A DNA stretch of 64,000 bases from Gemmatimonadaceae bacterium (lineage in GTDB: Bacteria; Gemmatimonadota; Gemmatimonadetes; Gemmatimonadales; Gemmatimonadaceae). The stretch covers positions 2,069-66,068 of the forward strand of contig DATHNL010000072.1 in the NCBI GenBank assembly GCA_035486035.1. Direction: 5' to 3'. Position 1 is the stretch's first letter; the number at the start of each line of letters is the position of its first letter. The position numbers and the translations under genes are program-made. Positions 62,150-64,000 of this stretch are shown here, piece by piece. The notes below the pieces were generated by a model. The model saw only the letters and a list, made by a program, of their open reading frames with translations, made no database searches and was not told where the DNA came from.

Positions 62150-64000
62150 CTACGAGCGGAGAGATGTCGCGGGGTCGGCGCGAGCCGCCCGTCGGGCGGG
62201 GAAGTAGGCGCCGCCGAGTGCCGCGGCGGCGAGCATGAGAGCGGCAGCGACGTGAGTGGAGAAGTCGTCGGGCGCCACGCCGTAGAGGAGCCCGGAGAGA
62301 AGTCGCGTCGCTAAGAGCGCCACGATAGATCCTACACTCAAGCCGACCAGCGCGACGCGCGCGGCGTCGCCAAGGACGAGGCGCACCACGTCGCCCGTGG
62401 TCGCCCCGACCGCGATGCGTACGCCAAATTCGCGGCGGCGATGCTCGACGAGGTAGCTGACCGTGCCATATACGCCTTGGATCGCGAGCACGAGAGCGCC
62501 GAGCGCAAACACGGCGAGCGCGATCGCGTCGAAGCGCTGCTGCGCGATCGTCGCGCCCCGGTGGTCGAGCATCGAGCCCACATGCACCAGCGGCACATCG
62601 GCGTCGACGCGCGCGATCGCCTCGCGGAGCGCCGCGGCGCCGCGTCGGGCATCGCGGGCGCGGACGACGAGCGTGCCGAAGCGCTGCCAGCTCTCGGTCC
62701 GCTGTGCGTAGGGCATGTAGACGGCTGGCTCGTCCGGGGTCGCCGGGTCGCTGCCGGCAACATCGCCCGCGACGCCGATCACGGTCATCCATCCCGGGCT
62801 GCCGTCGATGCGGATCCATTTAATTTGAGCGCCGATGGGCGACGCGGCGGGCCACAGTCGTTCGGCCAATGCGTGGTTGACGATCGCGACGGGTAACGCG
62901 CCCTCGCGATCCGCATCGGTGAACGCACGCCCAGCCGTGATCGGGATCCGGAGCGCGCTGAAATAACTCCCGACGACCGGGCGATCGGCTGCGCCATCAG
63001 CGCCCGCCGGCAATGGCGGACGACCTTCGACCGCGAGTGTGTGACCAACGTGACCGGTCGCCGAGAGCGGAGGCCCGAGGACGGATCCCGCCGCGTCGAC
63101 GCCCGGTGATGTCGCGAGTGCCTGCACGACCGCGCGGAACGCCGCGGTCTGCTGCTCGCGGGTCCCGTAGCGGGCTTCGGGCAGCACGAGGTCGGCGGTG
63201 ACGACGTCCGCGGGATCGAATCCCAGGTCGACGTGCTCGAGGCTCACGACACTGCGAACGAGCAACGCCGCGCCGGTGACGAGCACGAGTCCCGCGATCA
63301 ATTCGGCCACGACCAGCCCACGCAACACGTTGCGCGAATGCGGCGCGAGTTGGCCGCGGGCGGAGAGACTGGCGGCCGGCGACGCCCGCACGAGCGCAAT
63401 CGCGGGTCCGAGCGTGAACAACACACCGGTGACAACGGCGAGGGCGACGGCGAACGCGATCACGCGCGCGTCGATGCCAATTTCCGCGACGCGCGGCAAT
63501 GATGCGGGCGCGACGCTCACGAGCGCGCTGCGACCGGCGGCCGCGAGGACGAGCCCGAGCGCGGTGCCGACCGACACGAGTATGAATCCCTCGGTCATGA
63601 GCTGCCGGATGATCGCGGCGCGCCCGCCGCCGAGCGCCCGCCGGAGCGCGATTTCGGCCCGGCGCGTCTCGGCGCGCGCCAGCAAGAGGCCGGCGAGATT
63701 CGCGCTGGCGAGCAGCAAGGCAAGGGTGATCGCACCCAGAAGCAACACGAGCGGCGCGCGCACCGGCCCCACCAATGCATCAATGAGTCGCGTGGCGCCG
63801 GCGATCTTGCCTTCGTTGCTCTCCGGATACTGCGCGGCGAGTTCCCGCGAGATCGCGCTGACCTCCTTTCGCGCGCCATCGAGCGTGACGCCCGGAGCGA
63901 GGCGGGCGACGGCGTCGAAGTTGTTTGTGCCGCGATTGTCACGCGCCCAGGGGGTCTCGATCGCTTCGACCCCCCAGAGATCGACCCCGGCCTCGAAGAC
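62150..64000 (-). CDS. ADOP-family duplicated permease, paralogue 3; 5' end lies outside the window
   Basis: My translation shows the frame stays open upstream of 63775 to the window edge (VFEAGVDLWGVEAIETPWARDN...LIDALVGPVRAPLV). It contains FtsX domain 1 TM2-4, a second periplasmic domain and FtsX domain 2. Confidence 0.9.
   Translation of the reverse strand, partial: VFEAGVDLWGVEAIETPWARDNRGTNNFDAVARLAPGVTLDGARKEVSAISRELAAQYPESNEGKIAGATRLIDALVGPVRAPLVLLLGAITLALLLASANLAGLLLARAETRRAEIALRRALGGGRAAIIRQLMTEGFILVSVGTALGLVLAAAGRSALVSVAPASLPRVAEIGIDARVIAFAVALAVVTGVLFTLGPAIALVRASPAASLSARGQLAPHSRNVLRGLVVAELIAGLVLVTGAALLVRSVVSLEHVDLGFDPADVVTADLVLPEARYGTREQQTAAFRAVVQALATSPGVDAAGSVLGPPLSATGHVGHTLAVEGRPPLPAGADGAADRPVVGSYFSALRIPITAGRAFTDADREGALPVAIVNHALAERLWPAASPIGAQIKWIRIDGSPGWMTVIGVAGDVAGSDPATPDEPAVYMPYAQRTESWQRFGTLVVRARDARRGAAALREAIARVDADVPLVHVGSMLDHRGATIAQQRFDAIALAVFALGALVLAIQGVYGTVSYLVEHRRREFGVRIAVGATTGDVVRLVLGDAARVALVGLSVGSIVALLATRLLSGLLYGVAPDDFSTHVAAALMLAAAALGGAYFPARRAARADPATSLRS

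Noticed and set aside
1-64000. CRISPR arrays, rRNA or tRNA genes, insertion sequences, integrases, prophage genes or canonical defence systems (restriction-modification, Cas, CBASS-like, retron-like).
   Set aside because: Intergenic spaces are almost all under 130 bp. No direct-repeat arrays were seen. None of the ORF products shows transposase, integrase, nuclease-helicase or methyltransferase signatures that I could recognise by eye.

Overview
This is a GC-rich, very densely coding chromosomal segment with about 65 protein-coding genes. I recognised no rRNA, tRNA, CRISPR array, integrase or transposase. The gene content points to a soil Gemmatimonadota or Acidobacteriota-like genome, but that is inference only. 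The relevant genes are three MacB/FtsX-type 'ADOP' duplicated permeases (one preceded by PadR), a SusC/SusD pair, a CBM9/DUF5916 outer-membrane protein, DinB and RibD_C paralogues, and many lipoproteins. Confidently recognised modules are listed here.
- A LivJ-like binding lipoprotein translationally coupled to a methyl-accepting chemotaxis protein.
- A ClC channel.
- PadR plus an ADOP permease.
- DUF411(CopG)-TVP38-disulfide reductase.
- msrA-dedA next to a thioredoxin-like gene.
- A cobalt-type nitrile hydratase operon (alpha, beta, accessory protein).
- A CocE/NonD hydrolase cluster.
- A Tat-exported BBE-type FAD oxidase.
- SixA plus a CHAD-CYTH protein.
- A PLP decarboxylase-MFS-class V aminotransferase operon.
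- A SusC/SusD locus next to a GT39 glycosyltransferase.

I see no obvious canonical defence island or mobile element. The candidates most worth follow-up are these.
1. A translationally coupled HipA-like kinase/DUF3037 pair with no HTH antitoxin.
2. A 69-nt nested hairpin directly upstream of one of two divergent dihydrofolate-reductase-family paralogues.
3. A 12-bp perfect palindrome straddling the padR start codon.
4. The nitrile hydratase operon, which has a His/Asp-rich alpha N-terminus and a coupled half-VOC/beta-propeller fusion.
5. A dienelactone-hydrolase-like protein whose catalytic residues appear replaced.
6. Convergent genes throughout the window that overlap at their 3' ends or lie within 16 nt of each other.

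All family assignments come from motif recognition by eye. None has been checked against a database.
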